DNA from: Octopus bimaculoides
Taxonomy: Eukaryota
Length of the DNA: 41,896 nt
Direction of reading: 5' to 3'
Assembly: GCF_001194135.2 (NCBI RefSeq)
Contig: NC_068984.1
Span: forward strand, 54,923,398 to 54,965,293
In this document: positions 10,901 to 23,768 of the stretch, piece after piece
Numbering within the stretch: position 1 is the first letter of the stretch
How the letters are laid out: the number at the start of each line of letters is the position of its first letter
Position numbers and translations under genes: made by a program
Notes under the pieces: generated by a model
Seen by the model: the letters and a program-made list of their open reading frames with translations, nothing else
The model's database searches: none
Told to the model about the DNA's origin: nothing

Positions 10901-12472
10901 ATGTTTACCTTTGATGCTGGAAAACCCAGAGGACGAGCTGGCCGTTGGCGAACACCATCTGATCATTGCATTCAAGTTGTTCCCAACCCACAGAAACCGG
11001 TAGGCGTTTATTTGAACTCAACTTTTAAATACATTGTTAATATTCAGTTTTGAAAATATACAATTGCTTATGTACACTTCATTAATAATAGTGATTTGTT
11101 ACCAATGCACACATCTCTGAGTTTATAGCCGTAGCTTTGTATGACATTCATAGCTTTCCAGTGGCACTAACGATGCAAAAGAAGTAACTCTAGTAGGTCA
11201 ACAACTTGTCTCAGTTCTCTAGTGTTCAAAACAAGTCTACAATAATTTTTGACAAGCAGAAAACATGAGAAAAAATAAGAAAAAGAAGTTGTGATGCTTT
11301 GTTTCCCATAGGGTCATTAACGGAGGAAATGAAAAGACTGAACTTCCACTACAACTTGAAACTTCACCAAGTAGATTTAATTCGCTAGTTGCTTCAGCTT
11401 CCTTTTACAAGTTTCATCTTTTTACAATTGAATGGTTTGGACTAGAAACAATCTGTATACTGACCTGAGACGATGTATTGTTACTGAGGAGTGCAGAGAC
11501 GTACAACTAAATAATGCAATTCATTTAACGAAATGTTCCTTTGTTTTTGCCAGAATTCCGTTTTCGAAATAAATACATATTATTATATGGATTAATATAG
11601 AAATTTTCATTATGTTTATTTTTACACCACCAGAATTTGATTGTGCATGTTTCATTTAGGCCTTAGAACTCCAGTAATATATCTCAATAGATTTGTAGAT
11701 AACTTACCATGCTCTATTCACTAATTTAGAGAGTGTAGAATCAAAAGTAGTTGTAGGATATTGACTGATTTCTAAACCATACTAGGAACAATCCGGTCGG
11801 ATCGACGACAACCAAAATATTATCTGTGTATGTCAAGAAAACGGAAATTCTTGGACGGAAATTGATTTTAATCGATACAATGTTTCTGCTTTAAAGGTAT
11901 TTATAACCTAATCTAATGAAATACTTTTCAAATTTTATCCCTACCACTGTAAAAGTGAAATTTGATTCATTCCTTAGTTTCTCCTTTGACAGGATCGATT
12001 ACTCTATATAAGTTTACATCGATTCTATTTCGTAAATACCAATATAGATAGTGGATATTCTAATAAAATCTAGTATAAATGGAAAATATTTTAAGTTTAA
12101 ACTAAATGTTACAGGGTTAATCTAGGATTATTCGATGAATGCACATGTTTTATTTCAAAGTATTGATACTTATGTAAATGTCAAATGAGAGATGCAGCGA
12201 TGTAATCACTCGACTTGCTAGAAAAAGTAGTCAAATATCTTTCAAATTGCACTGTCCTGATTTAAAATGGAAGGAAAGTTGAAGCAAAGTAATCCTATTT
12301 AATGTCTGAAGATATGTTCTAAAATTCAACAGGATGGTCACGATTAGAACGCTTTTGATTTTAGGTATGTCAAAGTAATAATAGTTACAACATATGCCAA
12401 AGTGAGTTCTTTGTTATAATGGAATATATGCCTTCTAGTTGTAGTATTGGCGCATTAACCCTACAACTATAA

Positions 12473-12680
12473 ATAATCTTTTCTACTTTAGGCACAAGGC
12501 GTCAAATTTTGGGGGAGGGGCCAGTCGATTATATTGACGCCATTACGCAACTGGTACTTAATTCATCGACCCCGAAAGGATGAAAGGCAAAGTCGACCTC
12601 GGCGGAATTTGAACTCAGAACGTAAACGACGCTAAGAACGTAAAGACGCTAAGCATTTCGCTCGGCGTGCTAATGATTCT
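12473..12680 (-). mobile_element. SINE family C, copy 1 (tail type 1, 5' tip missing)
   Basis: Reverse complement nearly identical to 13770-13987 over the core (one mismatch in ~70 bp); internal 17-18-bp duplication at ~12618-12654. Confidence 0.92.
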
Positions 12681-12911
12681 TATTTCTTTATTGCCCACAA
12701 AGGACTAAACATAGAGGGAACAAACAAGGATAGACAAAGGGATTAAGTCTATTACACCGTCCCAAGTGCGTAAGTGGTACTTAATTTATCGACCCCGAAA
12801 GGATGAAAGGCAAAGTCGACCTCGGCGGAATTTGAAATCAGAACATAACGGCAGACGAAACACCGCTAAGCATTTCGCCCGGCGGGCTAACGTTTCTGCA
12901 AGCTCGCCGCC
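12681..12911 (-). mobile_element. SINE family C, copy 2 (same head and core, different tail)
   Basis: Shares gtacttaatttatcgaccccgaaaggatgaaaggcaaagtcgacctcggcggaatttg with copy 1, but the 3' tail is unrelated; complete head ggcggcgagct.gcagaaacgttagc. Confidence 0.92.
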
Positions 12912-13667
12912 TTCCTATAGCTATAAATAATAAAATGAATTACAATTACGATATAATAGCCTGAATTTGAATTAATTCAACTTATTTTCAGGTATTGTTT
13001 TGCGCCCAAGTTGCTGATCAAGGGGCATAAGATTGTTAGCATTTTAATCCGTTTTCTTATACTCACTTTTTATCCAGCGTCTAAGGAACACGATCATCAT
13101 TAAAATTAAGGACTCCCAGTCAACTCGGGCTTGTGCTGACAGATCTCACCATTTATATACTGTCCATTAACCTTCTTATGTCCCTCATATGTATATTCAT
13201 ACTCATATGGTCATCGAATATATATTCAAAATTATAGATTCCTTAAATATTATATGTACTTTATAGTTAATTTTGATAATAATGATGATCGAAAACATAT
13301 AACTCTGGAGGTGACATTTTATTCATATTTAGCATTCAGCTGTATAAGTTTAAGTAAAGTTAGGATTGGCTTTTGACGTTCGTAGGTGGTGATAAACAAA
13401 TATCAATATAAAAAACTCAGTTTATTGCTAATAAAATTAGTCACTGATGTTTCCTCAAAGAAACCATCTGCAACAGAAAACAATAGTTAAATTAGTACTA
13501 ACACACTCAATTTAATAAACATAGACGTTCTAGATAGAAATACGTATGCGGTAAGTTAGACGACATTAGCTCAAAGACAAATAATATCTTACTTTGATAA
13601 TCTCGTCTCTAAATATGTTTCAGTTTTACCGTCAAGCCATTTACTTCAACATAGTTATTGCAGTAGC

Positions 13668-13670
<3 letters not shown>

Positions 13671-13716
<46 letters not shown>

Positions 13717-13722
13717 GAGAGA
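13671..13722. repeat. (GA)n microsatellite
   Basis: Directly visible. Confidence 0.97.
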
Positions 13723-13769
13723 GGTGGGGGAGAATCAGTAAATAGATTAACAATATTTTACCTTTGTAA

Positions 13770-13987
13770 GACGCAAGCTGGCAGAATCGTTAGCACGCCG
13801 GGCGAAAATCCTAGCGGTATTTCGTCTATTTTTACATTCTGAGTTCAAATTCCGCCGAGGTCGACTTTGCCTTTCATCCTTTCGGGGTCGATAAATTAAG
13901 TACCAGTTGCATAATGGGATCGATCTAATCGACTGGCCCCCTCCTCCTAAAATTTCGGGCATTGTGCCTAGAGTAGAAAAGAATATT
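13770..13987 (+). mobile_element. SINE family C, copy 3 (tail type 1); central domain may be Meta-like
   Basis: tRNA-like head gctggcagaatcgttagc...gagttcaaattcc; core gcctttcatcctttcggggtcgataaattaagtaccag. The superfamily assignment is from memory and unverified. Confidence 0.9.
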
Positions 13988-15647
13988 TTGCTCTTGTAGG
14001 CGTGAAAATTATTATATGTAACAAATCCCATATGTATTTCTGATTACGTTTGTAGTCCTCTCTGCATTAATTATGTTAAATTGTTTATTGCTAACATACT
14101 AAATTCACTAAGAAAGAGAAAGAGCTCGAGCTAAGAAGGAGCACGATCCAAACAAATCTAGTTTGTGATTGGATTCTAATCAACACTCTTGTGAGTGTCG
14201 TAAAACGAGAAATAATCTTTCAGTAATTAGAATCCACAACTTTGTTTTCGACTCCCGGTTGAAAGTATTTTGCTTTACTTTTACTGTTAATACCACTGGG
14301 AAAACATCACTGCTACGACCTCTTATTTTCTACTGCACTAGAAAGCGGGATAAACCTAGTTAAAAAAATAAATAAATGAACATTTTATCAAGCATAAAAT
14401 GTCTAGAGGCGACACCGACTTGACTAACTATTATATTTAGTTCGGTACTTCCTTCATTGCTCTTTGGTCAAATCTTGCTAACGTTAACTCTTTATATGTT
14501 TGTGTCACTAGTTTGATTAATAGAGAGAGTTTATACCTATTACCTCCACAGTCCTTCGGAAACTAGGGAGGTCATGCAGTTAATGTTCCTTTTTAATAGG
14601 AACCAGTTGAAGACTGCGATAAAAATATGAACAAGAATGGCATACTGATGAGAAAAGACTGAAAGATATGACTAATATGGGACTTTAAAGGGAATGAAGG
14701 ATATATCATATGAGTAACAAAGGTGAGGAGTCTTGAGAGGTGGGCGAACAAGTTTGAAGATTGTACGAAACCAGTCATCTCCGAGGAGCAGATGTCTCAA
14801 TTATAGTAGCGATAGAAAAGTAAAGAGATAGCAAGTTTGTTGGCCAGTGTTTGAGAAATATAATGAGTCGAATGAATTGGCTATGAACACCTACTATAAA
14901 TAATGGTATTATGCCAACGGAATCAATATTTCAGCAAATTTAAACCTTATTTTTATCTGAAATGAAGATAAAGCATTTTCCAAACTGCTATTCGCAAAAC
15001 AGAAACACTTGAAAGATTCATGATGTTTTCAGTAATGTATTGTTATAAAGGCTAAAGAATTGTTCTCTTTTGTAAACCTTAACTTAATGAAAATACTCCA
15101 AACTTGTTTCACATTTTACAACAACAAGCAAAGAATAAGAAAGAAGAAATGCAAGGTAAGTGTATATTTTAAAAATGCATTGATAATATTTTCTGAATTA
15201 TTTATACAGAAAAGTAACTATGAAAGAAATTGTTTTGTATCAAATACACGCGTAAATTCTACTCGATTTCAATACATTAATTTAAAGCATAAATCATATA
15301 TCGCCCCTTGAGGCTCTGACCATTTAATTTCTAATTGCAGTTAATACCCAATGGATTAGAGATTTAATTTTCATTAATTATGTGGTTGACCTCAATCGAA
15401 ATGAAAATCGATGCAAAAACAGAATGTACTTTCACATGTGATGACAACATATCGTTGCTTTCTTTCATGATACACGGTATTTTAGACCTGGCAGAGGCAT
15501 ACGTGAATGCAAGATATGAGGATAACAATTGTAACTTATTCAATATGCTGGATCTAGGTAACACTAGCTTCCGAGAACTTCTTCATTTGTTGGATTCTAT
15601 ATTTCATATTTTGACGGAACTTCTTTCATGACGTTTTTACTTGTAGC

Positions 15648-15732
15648 CATTGTGAAACACCGAATCGCTTATACTCGTAATCATTGTGAAACACTGAATC
15701 GTTTATACTCGTAAGCATTGTGAAACACTGAA
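15648..15732. repeat. 34-bp tandem repeat, about 2.5 copies
   Basis: cattgtgaaacacYgaatcgYttatactcgtaa starts at 15648, 15682 and 15716. Confidence 0.93.
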
Positions 15733-16649
15733 ACGGACTTCGCCAATGTTCCCGTGCTTATTTATCATTGGTGTGTAATCATGTTCAAATTTCAGAAAAT
15801 AGAACCAATGCACATTAGCGCTCGGTCTAATGATTCAGCCCGGTCTATAGTTGCAATGTTACACATAAATTGTAGCTTCGCTTAGTTGAGGACCAAGTAA
15901 CGTATGCAGTAATTTGTTTTATGGGGTGTAGTATAGCAGAGGCATTTTGGCAGTTTGATGCTTTGTTTTCTCTATTACCTGATTTAATCTTGTATGCAAG
16001 CAGAATATGGCCATATCAAAGAAAAGCAATGTAAAGATGATTACAACGCGATAACAGGTCCACACATTTTCCTACTACTTTATGCTTGTCAGCGCAGAGT
16101 TATTTTTTGTTGAAGTTACTTATATATTTGCATTCCTTTGGGTTTGTTTTTGTATTTGTCTAGACCGAACAAGTGGGAAGGATAATTTTCTTAGATTGCT
16201 TTTAGATTAGGCGTCTGTGATTTTTCTGATTTTGGACGTGTCTTCTGGGTATTTGCAGATGATACAGCAAATAGTGACAGATGTGTAGGGTGGGACTGGC
16301 TTTGGAACAAGCTGTTTCTTACACATGGAGAATGAGCGATATAATGTGTGTTAATGTAAAATGATAGCAAACTTCTCTTTGAGTTATCAAATTTAGATCA
16401 ATTGTATTGAGACAATAGGAAAGAAACTCTTTACGTGAACAATTATAAATCAATCGGCTTATGTCTTTAACCGAAACAATTAGTAATCTCAATCACTTGG
16501 TATAGTTATTTAACAAAGAATCACAAAACATTTTTAACCAATATCTCATTATCTGCTTTTCAACGGTTAGCCTGAGTGCACTTTTTCATATTCATTTTAC
16601 ACTATTTCGTGTAAAAACACTCGCAATCATACATATAAACTCACATAAA

Positions 16650-16986
16650 TACAGACCCACACACACACACACACACATATATATATAATAAACTTAAATG
16701 TATAAATATATAATAATAAACATAAGTATACAAATAATATATAAATGTGAACATATATACATATACATATACATACATACATATATATATACATATACAT
16801 ACATACATATATATATATATACATATATATATACATATATATATATATNNNNNNNNNNNNNNNTATATATACATATATACATATATATATATACATACAC
16901 ATACACACACACATATATATATATGCATATATATATACATACATACATATATACATACATACATGCATACATACATAATACATACA

Positions 16987-17017
<31 letters not shown>

Positions 17018-17055
17018 CTGCAATATATATCTGCAATATATATAATATATATATA
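16650..17055. repeat. Compound (CA)/(TA)/(CATA) microsatellite with gap
   Basis: Directly visible; explains five track ORFs. Confidence 0.95.
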
Positions 17056-18864
17056 CGAGTTTATGAGTACGTGCATGTTTTTAGAAGGATAAAGTCATAT
17101 TCCTGAAATGTTTAGCAGAACTGTGTGGGCATTATATTTGTAATGTATATAAGCAAGTATGTCTATGTATTTATATAGATATGTATGTATGGGCGCGCGC
17201 AAGTGCGTGCGTATATGTGTGGTGATAGTTTTCACGTAAATAGAATTACATCAATATTCTTAAAATAGAAATGTATATCACAAATGTACGCTTTGAAAGC
17301 ATTGTAATTCGTTACATGTCAAAAACTGTATCAAGATTCTACGAACCTAAAGTTCCTGATGTAACAGACAAGAATAAAAATGCAGTATTTTATTTGTGGA
17401 ACACAAAAATATGGAATAAAAGAACATTTTTTGAACTTTAACTACGACAAGGGGACCTCATAATAACATTAATAGGAAAAAGATAGTATACAATAAATTT
17501 AGCTAAAATCCAAAATACGTAGTTATTGCAAGAAACCGAATAGTCATTACTACTTGAATCATTCCTTTTCTTGGACCTTACTCAAAAATAGATATGTGTT
17601 TGAAGCCGTTTATTTGATAACAATTCATTATAAGTCATCATCGTACTAAGGACTGTTTTATTGAAACGTACCGTTTCATGGAAACAGCGTAGAATTTGAG
17701 TGTAGTTCTAAAATTTTGTCTTGAGTCGGATGTGATTTAAACTGCATGCTACAAACTAAAGACATCTGGTTATTAATTCAACATTCTCGCCACTTTAGCA
17801 TTTACACTACATATGGTGTACATTAGTCAATCACTTTATGCACATCGCAAAATCCGGTAATAAAACACTAGCCAACAACGTCGTATTCTTAACTTGACAC
17901 TCATTCGATTCGACAGATTGCAACTGCAAAATTGGAAAACATTGTTAAATACTCAATAGTGCTGTTAAATAGTTATGATTTAGTTTGAAATTGCTTACTT
18001 CAGCTTATTACATATGATCTATTTCTAAACAGTAAAGTTTGTAAATAATGCGAATGCTTTTGAATCGACAAGATGAGAACTTGTTTTCTTGAAGTTAATC
18101 GTGATTTAATCACCATTTTCAAGTCTAAGAGACAATGGTAATTATATAACTGTAGAGAAATCAATGAATTAATGGGCATTAATCCGCAACGAACGGCTTT
18201 TGTCAGACATTTGTTCGCAATTTATTTCTGCGAAATGTCTTCCAAAAACAATTATAACTGTTGTTATAAATTGCAGGAAGTGTGTAAATGTGGCTTTAAT
18301 ATGAACTGACTTTTTTTTATCTGACCCCTAACAACAAATATAGGATTGAACCATCGTTACTTAGAAACACGGAGGGTATAATAAAAAGAAAAATATTAAA
18401 ATATATTGCGACTTTTACATCAATGGCTATCTCTTTGAAATCATTGTTCGAGGGGCAGAGTAAAATAGATTGCATGGAAACTAATATACTACTGGTATTT
18501 TTCTCAGCAGACCTATATGCATATAATATACATACACGTTGAAGTCTTAGACTGTTTATATACACTTAATCTTTGCAGTTTCAAAAGCAAAAATGCAATC
18601 TTTTTTCAAAACTTTATGACGATATAGACAAAATAGTATGTAAAAAAAGATAAGAATATAAAAGAAATCATAAATGTTTTCTTTACTTAGTATAATTTCT
18701 TTTTTGTGAGTTTGTCTGTCTGTAGGATATTGTTGAAATTGGTTTCCAAATTGATCAATATCTACTCTTTTTTACTTTACTCGTGTAATCTCCAGCTTTC
18801 TAACTGGCACAAAACAATTCATATTTATGAAGGGGATTAACAGTTTCAGTTAACATCATTATAT

Positions 18865-18955
18865 GACTGGTGCTTGTTTTCTCGAGACAAGATGAATGTA
18901 AAGCAAAATTGGCTTCGATGTGATTTGAGCACAAGACAAAGAAATGTTCTTAGAT
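18865..18955 (-). mobile_element. Degenerate SINE family C core
   Basis: gactggtgcttgttttctcgagacaagatgaatgtaaagcaaaattggcttcgatgtgatttgagc resembles actggtacttaattcatcgaccccgaaaggatgaaaggcaaagtcgacctcggcggaatttgaac. Confidence 0.5.
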
Positions 18956-20397
18956 AAGGAAGACACTTAATCTCTCACTTTGATGTAATTACTGATTATT
19001 AAACTGTCATCTGTTTTTAGACGAACACTTTTTCACTTGCAGTGCCTTGCAAAAGTGAATAACATTCTATTGTGAGGGGGAAAAAAATCTCTTTAAGGTT
19101 GTTTAAGGATTGGATGGTGTTTGAATGATCAGCTCCACACGAAGGAAAATTAATCTATTAGAATACCCACACAAAATCTACGGCTCACTTTTCTCAAATC
19201 TTAATACACGCAAATACCCAAACAATATTAATTTTGTCATAAAGTGTTTTCCACTTAAATAGATAAAATATAGTTCGTTGTTGAATGACCTAAATTACTA
19301 ATTGCAACGAGGCATCGATGATATTAGCGAGAATAATCTATGTTGTTGCAGTCGCTCAACAGATCGTCAATTTCGAGTTGAAGTAGGAGAATCGCTTCAA
19401 ATCGTATTGATTTGAGAATTGGAAAATCTGGGGGAAAAATGGCCGTTAGGACTGTGCTTCGGTCAAATTTGATATTTGTATTCCATTCAGGATATGCTTC
19501 CACATCAGTAATGCTGCTACTTTAGAACCTAGAGTAATCTTTCGACAGTCAGGACTGCACCAAATTAGATTATTAGTTTTCAGTGTTATCTTACAAAACA
19601 TATACTTTGTTTTTCTTTCCTTGACCAAATTATGTTTAAAATGAATAATCTTCAGACAACAGGAATACAACTATGAAATGAAATCGGTAACTCTAGATAT
19701 CTAACATAAACATTTCTGCAATTATAGTTGTTTCGCTCTTATTATTCTTAATCCAGTTCATATAATAGAAATTTTTTAAAGAATTTAAAGTTATTTTATG
19801 AAATGAGACAGGATTTGTGTAATTAATTGAATGTGTAATTGATTGAAATAATAGTGAATTTTTTGTAAGTATAAGCAGTGATTATAAAGACAATATTAGC
19901 AAAAGTTTCTACAGTAACAGTCGAAATAGTCGCCATTAAAGCAACGGAATACAACAGCACAGTACAAATTGTAATACCAAGAATGATGAGAAAATGAAAT
20001 GACTGAAAATTCATGACAATGATGCTAGAGGTAGAACGGTTGTATCAATGTTTGCAGTGTGAAGAATAATAACAGAGTTGAGAATTCTAATACGGCAGAT
20101 GTCAAGGAGAAAGTTAAATATAATTCAAAGTTTGTAACAGCACGTTATGTCAATGGTAAAAAAAATAACAGTATCCTCACCAATAACAATATTAATTATA
20201 TTGCAGATAATAATGTTGAAGATAATAGAAATAACATCAAAAATGAAAAGAAAAGTTTCCATTTTAACAGATATTCATTAACGTGAATAATTGTGTATCA
20301 CAAAACGGTTAAAATAAAGTAGCATCATGAACAACGTATTCAGAATTAATAACTGCATCGTGGTTAAAATATACTGGTGATATTTTCATTGGAAGTG

Positions 20398-20453
<56 letters not shown>

Positions 20454-20959
20454 NNNNNNNNNNNNNNNNNNNNNNNNNNNNNNNNNNNNNNNNNNNNNNN
20501 NNNNNNNNNNNNNNNNNNNNNNNNNNNNNNNNNNNNNNNNNNNNNNNNNNNNNNNNNNNNNNNNNNNNNNNNNNNNNNNNNNNNNNNNNNNNNNNNNNNN
20601 NNNNNNNNNNNNNNNNNNNNNNNNNNNNNNNNNNNNNNNNNNNNNNNNNNNNNNNNNNNNNNNNNNNNNNNNNNNNNNNNNNNNNNNNNNNNNNNNNNNN
20701 NNNNNNNNNNNNNNNNNNNNNNNNNNNNNNNNNNNNNNNNNNNNNNNNNNNNNNNNNNNNNNNNNNNNNNNNNNNNNNNNNNNNNNNNNNNNNNNNNNNN
20801 NNNNNNNNNNNNNNNNNNNNNNNNNNNNNNNNNNNNNNNNNNNNNNNNNNNNNNNNNNNNNNNNNNNNNNNNNNNNNNNNNNNNNNNNNNNNNNNNNNNN
20901 NNNNNNNNNNNNNNNNNNNNNNNNNNNNNNNNNNNNNNNNNNNNNNNNNNNNNNNNNNN

Positions 20960-20990
<31 letters not shown>

Positions 20991-20992
<2 letters not shown>

Positions 20993-21141
20993 GATGGGCT
21001 TCGTTCAGTTTCCGTCTATCACATCCCCTCACAAGGCTTTGGTCGGCCCGTGGCTACAGTAGAAGACACTTGGCCAAGGTATCCCGCAGTGGGACTAAAC
21101 CCGGAACCATTTGGTTGGGAAGCAAGTTTCTTACCGAACAG
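20991..21141 (-). mobile_element. SINE family B, head and CORE-like part; the body runs into (TA)n and a gap
   Basis: Reverse complement of 4915-5067; (CA)n at 20403-20453 on the far side of the gap fits the internal SSR. Confidence 0.88.
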
Positions 21142-22732
21142 TGAGAATGAGTGCTCAACACTGCATTGGTGGAAAAATATTCTTTATTTGTGGTGTAACA
21201 AGGCAATGAATGGTTTCATGTGAGTATCTTCACACTTGTTCAAGCGTATCATTTAGAACTGTTAGTACTCTCCATTTTAGATAAGAATACACAAGTTTAC
21301 ACACACACACACAAATACACACATACACATACACACACACATATATATATATATACTTATAAATATTATAAGTGTGCGTGTATGTGTGTATAATATGAGT
21401 GTAGAAGGAGAAAATTATTTACTCCTTCTGCACTCAAAGATCTCTACACTCATAGATCTCTAGTATATTCTCTAGTATATTGCTGCGTTTAGTTGCAGTA
21501 GTGGTGTGGCGAAGATTATTTGCACACCTTGTACCTACTAACACAATCTAATATTTGTTTATGGGCAAATTAGTGTTGTATAAACCGAGACCGGTGAACA
21601 ATAACCTAAGAACCCACTGTACTCGATCAGCGGCATTTCTTTGAGGGTATACCTGGAACCTAATAGCGTTTTATGTCTGTTTTATTTTTTTGTGTAAATG
21701 TTGTTTATATGATAAATTATACGCTATAAAAATGCCGGCTACTCTATTAATTACTATTATTAGCGAGTTCATTCATTCCTGGATCGGTATCTTTTTGCGG
21801 ATGATAAAAGGAGCAATTTATATTTCTTGACAGTTTGTAATTTGCAAACTGGATATTGTGAAATAATCATGTTTAGTTTTCGGAAAAGAAAACCTTTATG
21901 ACCGAGATATAATATTTGGAAGACTTACACTGAACATGTATCATTGTATTTTGTGCTCTATAAAATGCCATGCATGCTATTTTTACATTGCATAACACCA
22001 TATTTTACGTGTATGAAAGAAAAACGTCGATGTACTTGTTTCTTATTATGGTTTTATCTAGCAATCTCAGCAAAATAATGTGCTGCTCAATAAGGAGTTT
22101 GTAGAGGGTGAACAAATATTAACTGAACAAAAGGAAATATTTATGCACTGCGCTAATATCGACAAACTCTCCGGTTAGAAAGTACGAAAATCTATTCATC
22201 GACTAGGCAATTAACATTTTGTTCAACCTAGCCTTTTCTAAATTATGAATGAAATATCTTGATGCCAGATAATCTGCATCGATCTCGTATTACTTTGATG
22301 TTGAAGGAATTTTGAACTAAAAGCACAGTATGACCTCATGTAAAACAACCACTTAGATGATCACTTATTGCGATGCTGAAATTCTGATTTGAAATCTGTG
22401 CTTCTAGTGCAGTTGTATTTGTAGCGAGAAAATATTAAACTAAACCGTAGTAATTAATCTATAAACTAGCTACTAGATATTAATACTATACTAAAAGTTT
22501 CACTGCATTAAAGTCTTCGATGAATGTTATATTAGGAAACATAAAGGGACGGGAATATCGGAAATAAACTCATAACTCGGAATACTACCAATATTAAGTA
22601 TAAATATTCAATAAAATCGAAAGAAATATCTCTGAGAACTGTTTGGGTTATAACGACATATAATTAAAGAGGTGCATTTTCATATGAAAAAGTAAATGAT
22701 ATATAAAAGCGTTAAACCAAAACTAGTATCAA

Positions 22733-22995
22733 TATAATGCCGAGTTAATAGATGCGGGCCAGAAGAGGCCTCGTAGCAGGCCCCGCACCAGATGGCTGGA
22801 CGTGATTGAAGATCTCCAGAGGCATGACGTCACTTTCGAGGATTCAGAAGGGCTGGCACTGGATTGCCAGCGTTGGAGAGCACTGCTGAACCTGGTCGGT
22901 CCAACGCATGATGACACCTCTGAGACCACTAACTTGGAACGACCCAGGCCTCATCAAACAAGGGCATGAAGCCAGCCAGACAGGCTAGGTTGCTG
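22733..22995 (+). mobile_element. 5'-truncated RTE-type LINE 3' end (ORF2 C-terminus)
   Basis: Open frame 22733-22969: YNAELIDAGQKRPRSRPRTRWLDVIEDLQRHDVTFEDSEGLALDCQRWRALLNLVGPTH..., matching the RTE motif RPRGRPRxRWxD...LAxDRxxWR; GC-rich island in AT-rich DNA. Confidence 0.85.
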
Positions 22996-23043
22996 AATAT
23001 ATTGCCTTATTGAACACAGTTCTAGTTATGGAAACATTATCGA

Positions 23044-23173
23044 TCGCCGAATTTGCTGCAGAATAGCATTTAAAGAGACTTCCTAATAGCATTGGGTTTC
23101 TGACTTTCATGTGTTTTAACACCCAGCGTTATTAGGGATTCTCTCGAAATGCTATCCGAGGAAAATTCGGCGA
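23044..23173. repeat. Imperfect inverted repeat (54-bp arms, 23-nt loop), partly repeated directly at 23442-23544
   Basis: Arms 23044-23097 and 23121-23173 match at about 41/54; loop plus right arm recur 343 nt downstream. Confidence 0.75.
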
Positions 23174-23768
23174 ATAAATTAAACACATACATTATGTATG
23201 TGAGATATGAAATGTGTACATTACTATTGTTGATTTTAATTGGCAATTTAATTTACTTCCACATGAGCATCGCCGTGGCACATAAACTACAATTTACACT
23301 GTTTCTTTTCGTCAGCAATCGGAGGATTCAGATTGTCCTCTGATCTATCTAAGTGCGTGGTGTTGATAAGTTACAATAATGGCGAAATATCGGTATCCAC
23401 CGTTCATGGGACCGGTCGAAGACGAGTTGTGTAGCTTGGTCTCTGACTTTCTGATGTTTTAACACCCAAAGATATTAAGGAGTCTCCCGAAACGCTATTC
23501 CACAGCAAATACGACGAGTAACAAATTCAATACGTTGTGTATGTACCATTGATAATGTTTTTATTGCATTATGATTATAAATCCTATGGCCAGTGAAGTT
23601 AACCCAACGCTTTATTCATTGATCCATTGATGAATAGAATACCTCTCAAAAATGGTGTTTAATTTCAAGGGAAAAATATCTGAAATCAGAATGCACTCTC
23701 TGTAAACAGTCAAGTAAATAGGTACCTTCAGAAAGACTTCGACTTTCTCTTTCTTTTCACAATAACTA

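Noticed and set aside
8600-11100. Protein-looking plus-strand stretches (e.g. SENNPWSNFSAYTAYVKTHWAL; EFGRGLTMSETFS; LMLENPEDELAVGEHHLIIAFKLF)
   Set aside because: Stop density over 9.7-10.6 kb is near the chance level, no motif is recognised, and both strands look equally plausible. BLASTX would settle it.
742-14670. Other CUGANGA hits (742, 2491, 2562, 6197, 10574, 12305, 14645)
   Set aside because: None is followed by a pairing stem II, GAAA, stem III and NUH; two lie inside Tc1 coding sequence.
14640-14870. Purine-rich stretch with KFVGQCLR, like RTE LRFAGHCWR
   Set aside because: A single weak motif with many stops; insufficient to call.
15648-15732. 34-bp repeats as a CRISPR array
   Set aside because: Repeats are contiguous with no spacers, in eukaryotic context with no cas genes.
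17244-17441. 65-codon open frame KIEMYITNVRFESIVIRY...
   Set aside because: Dozens of ORFs this long are expected by chance in a window of this size and composition; no motif or splice support.
19823-20286. Hydrophobic minus ORF and N-rich plus ORF
   Set aside because: Both follow from a local A-rich strand skew; in-frame stops interrupt the plus reading and no family is recognised.
23290-23322. Minus-strand CUGACGA-AAA-GAAA-C-AGU-GUA
   Set aside because: No stem II and stem I does not pair; treated as chance.
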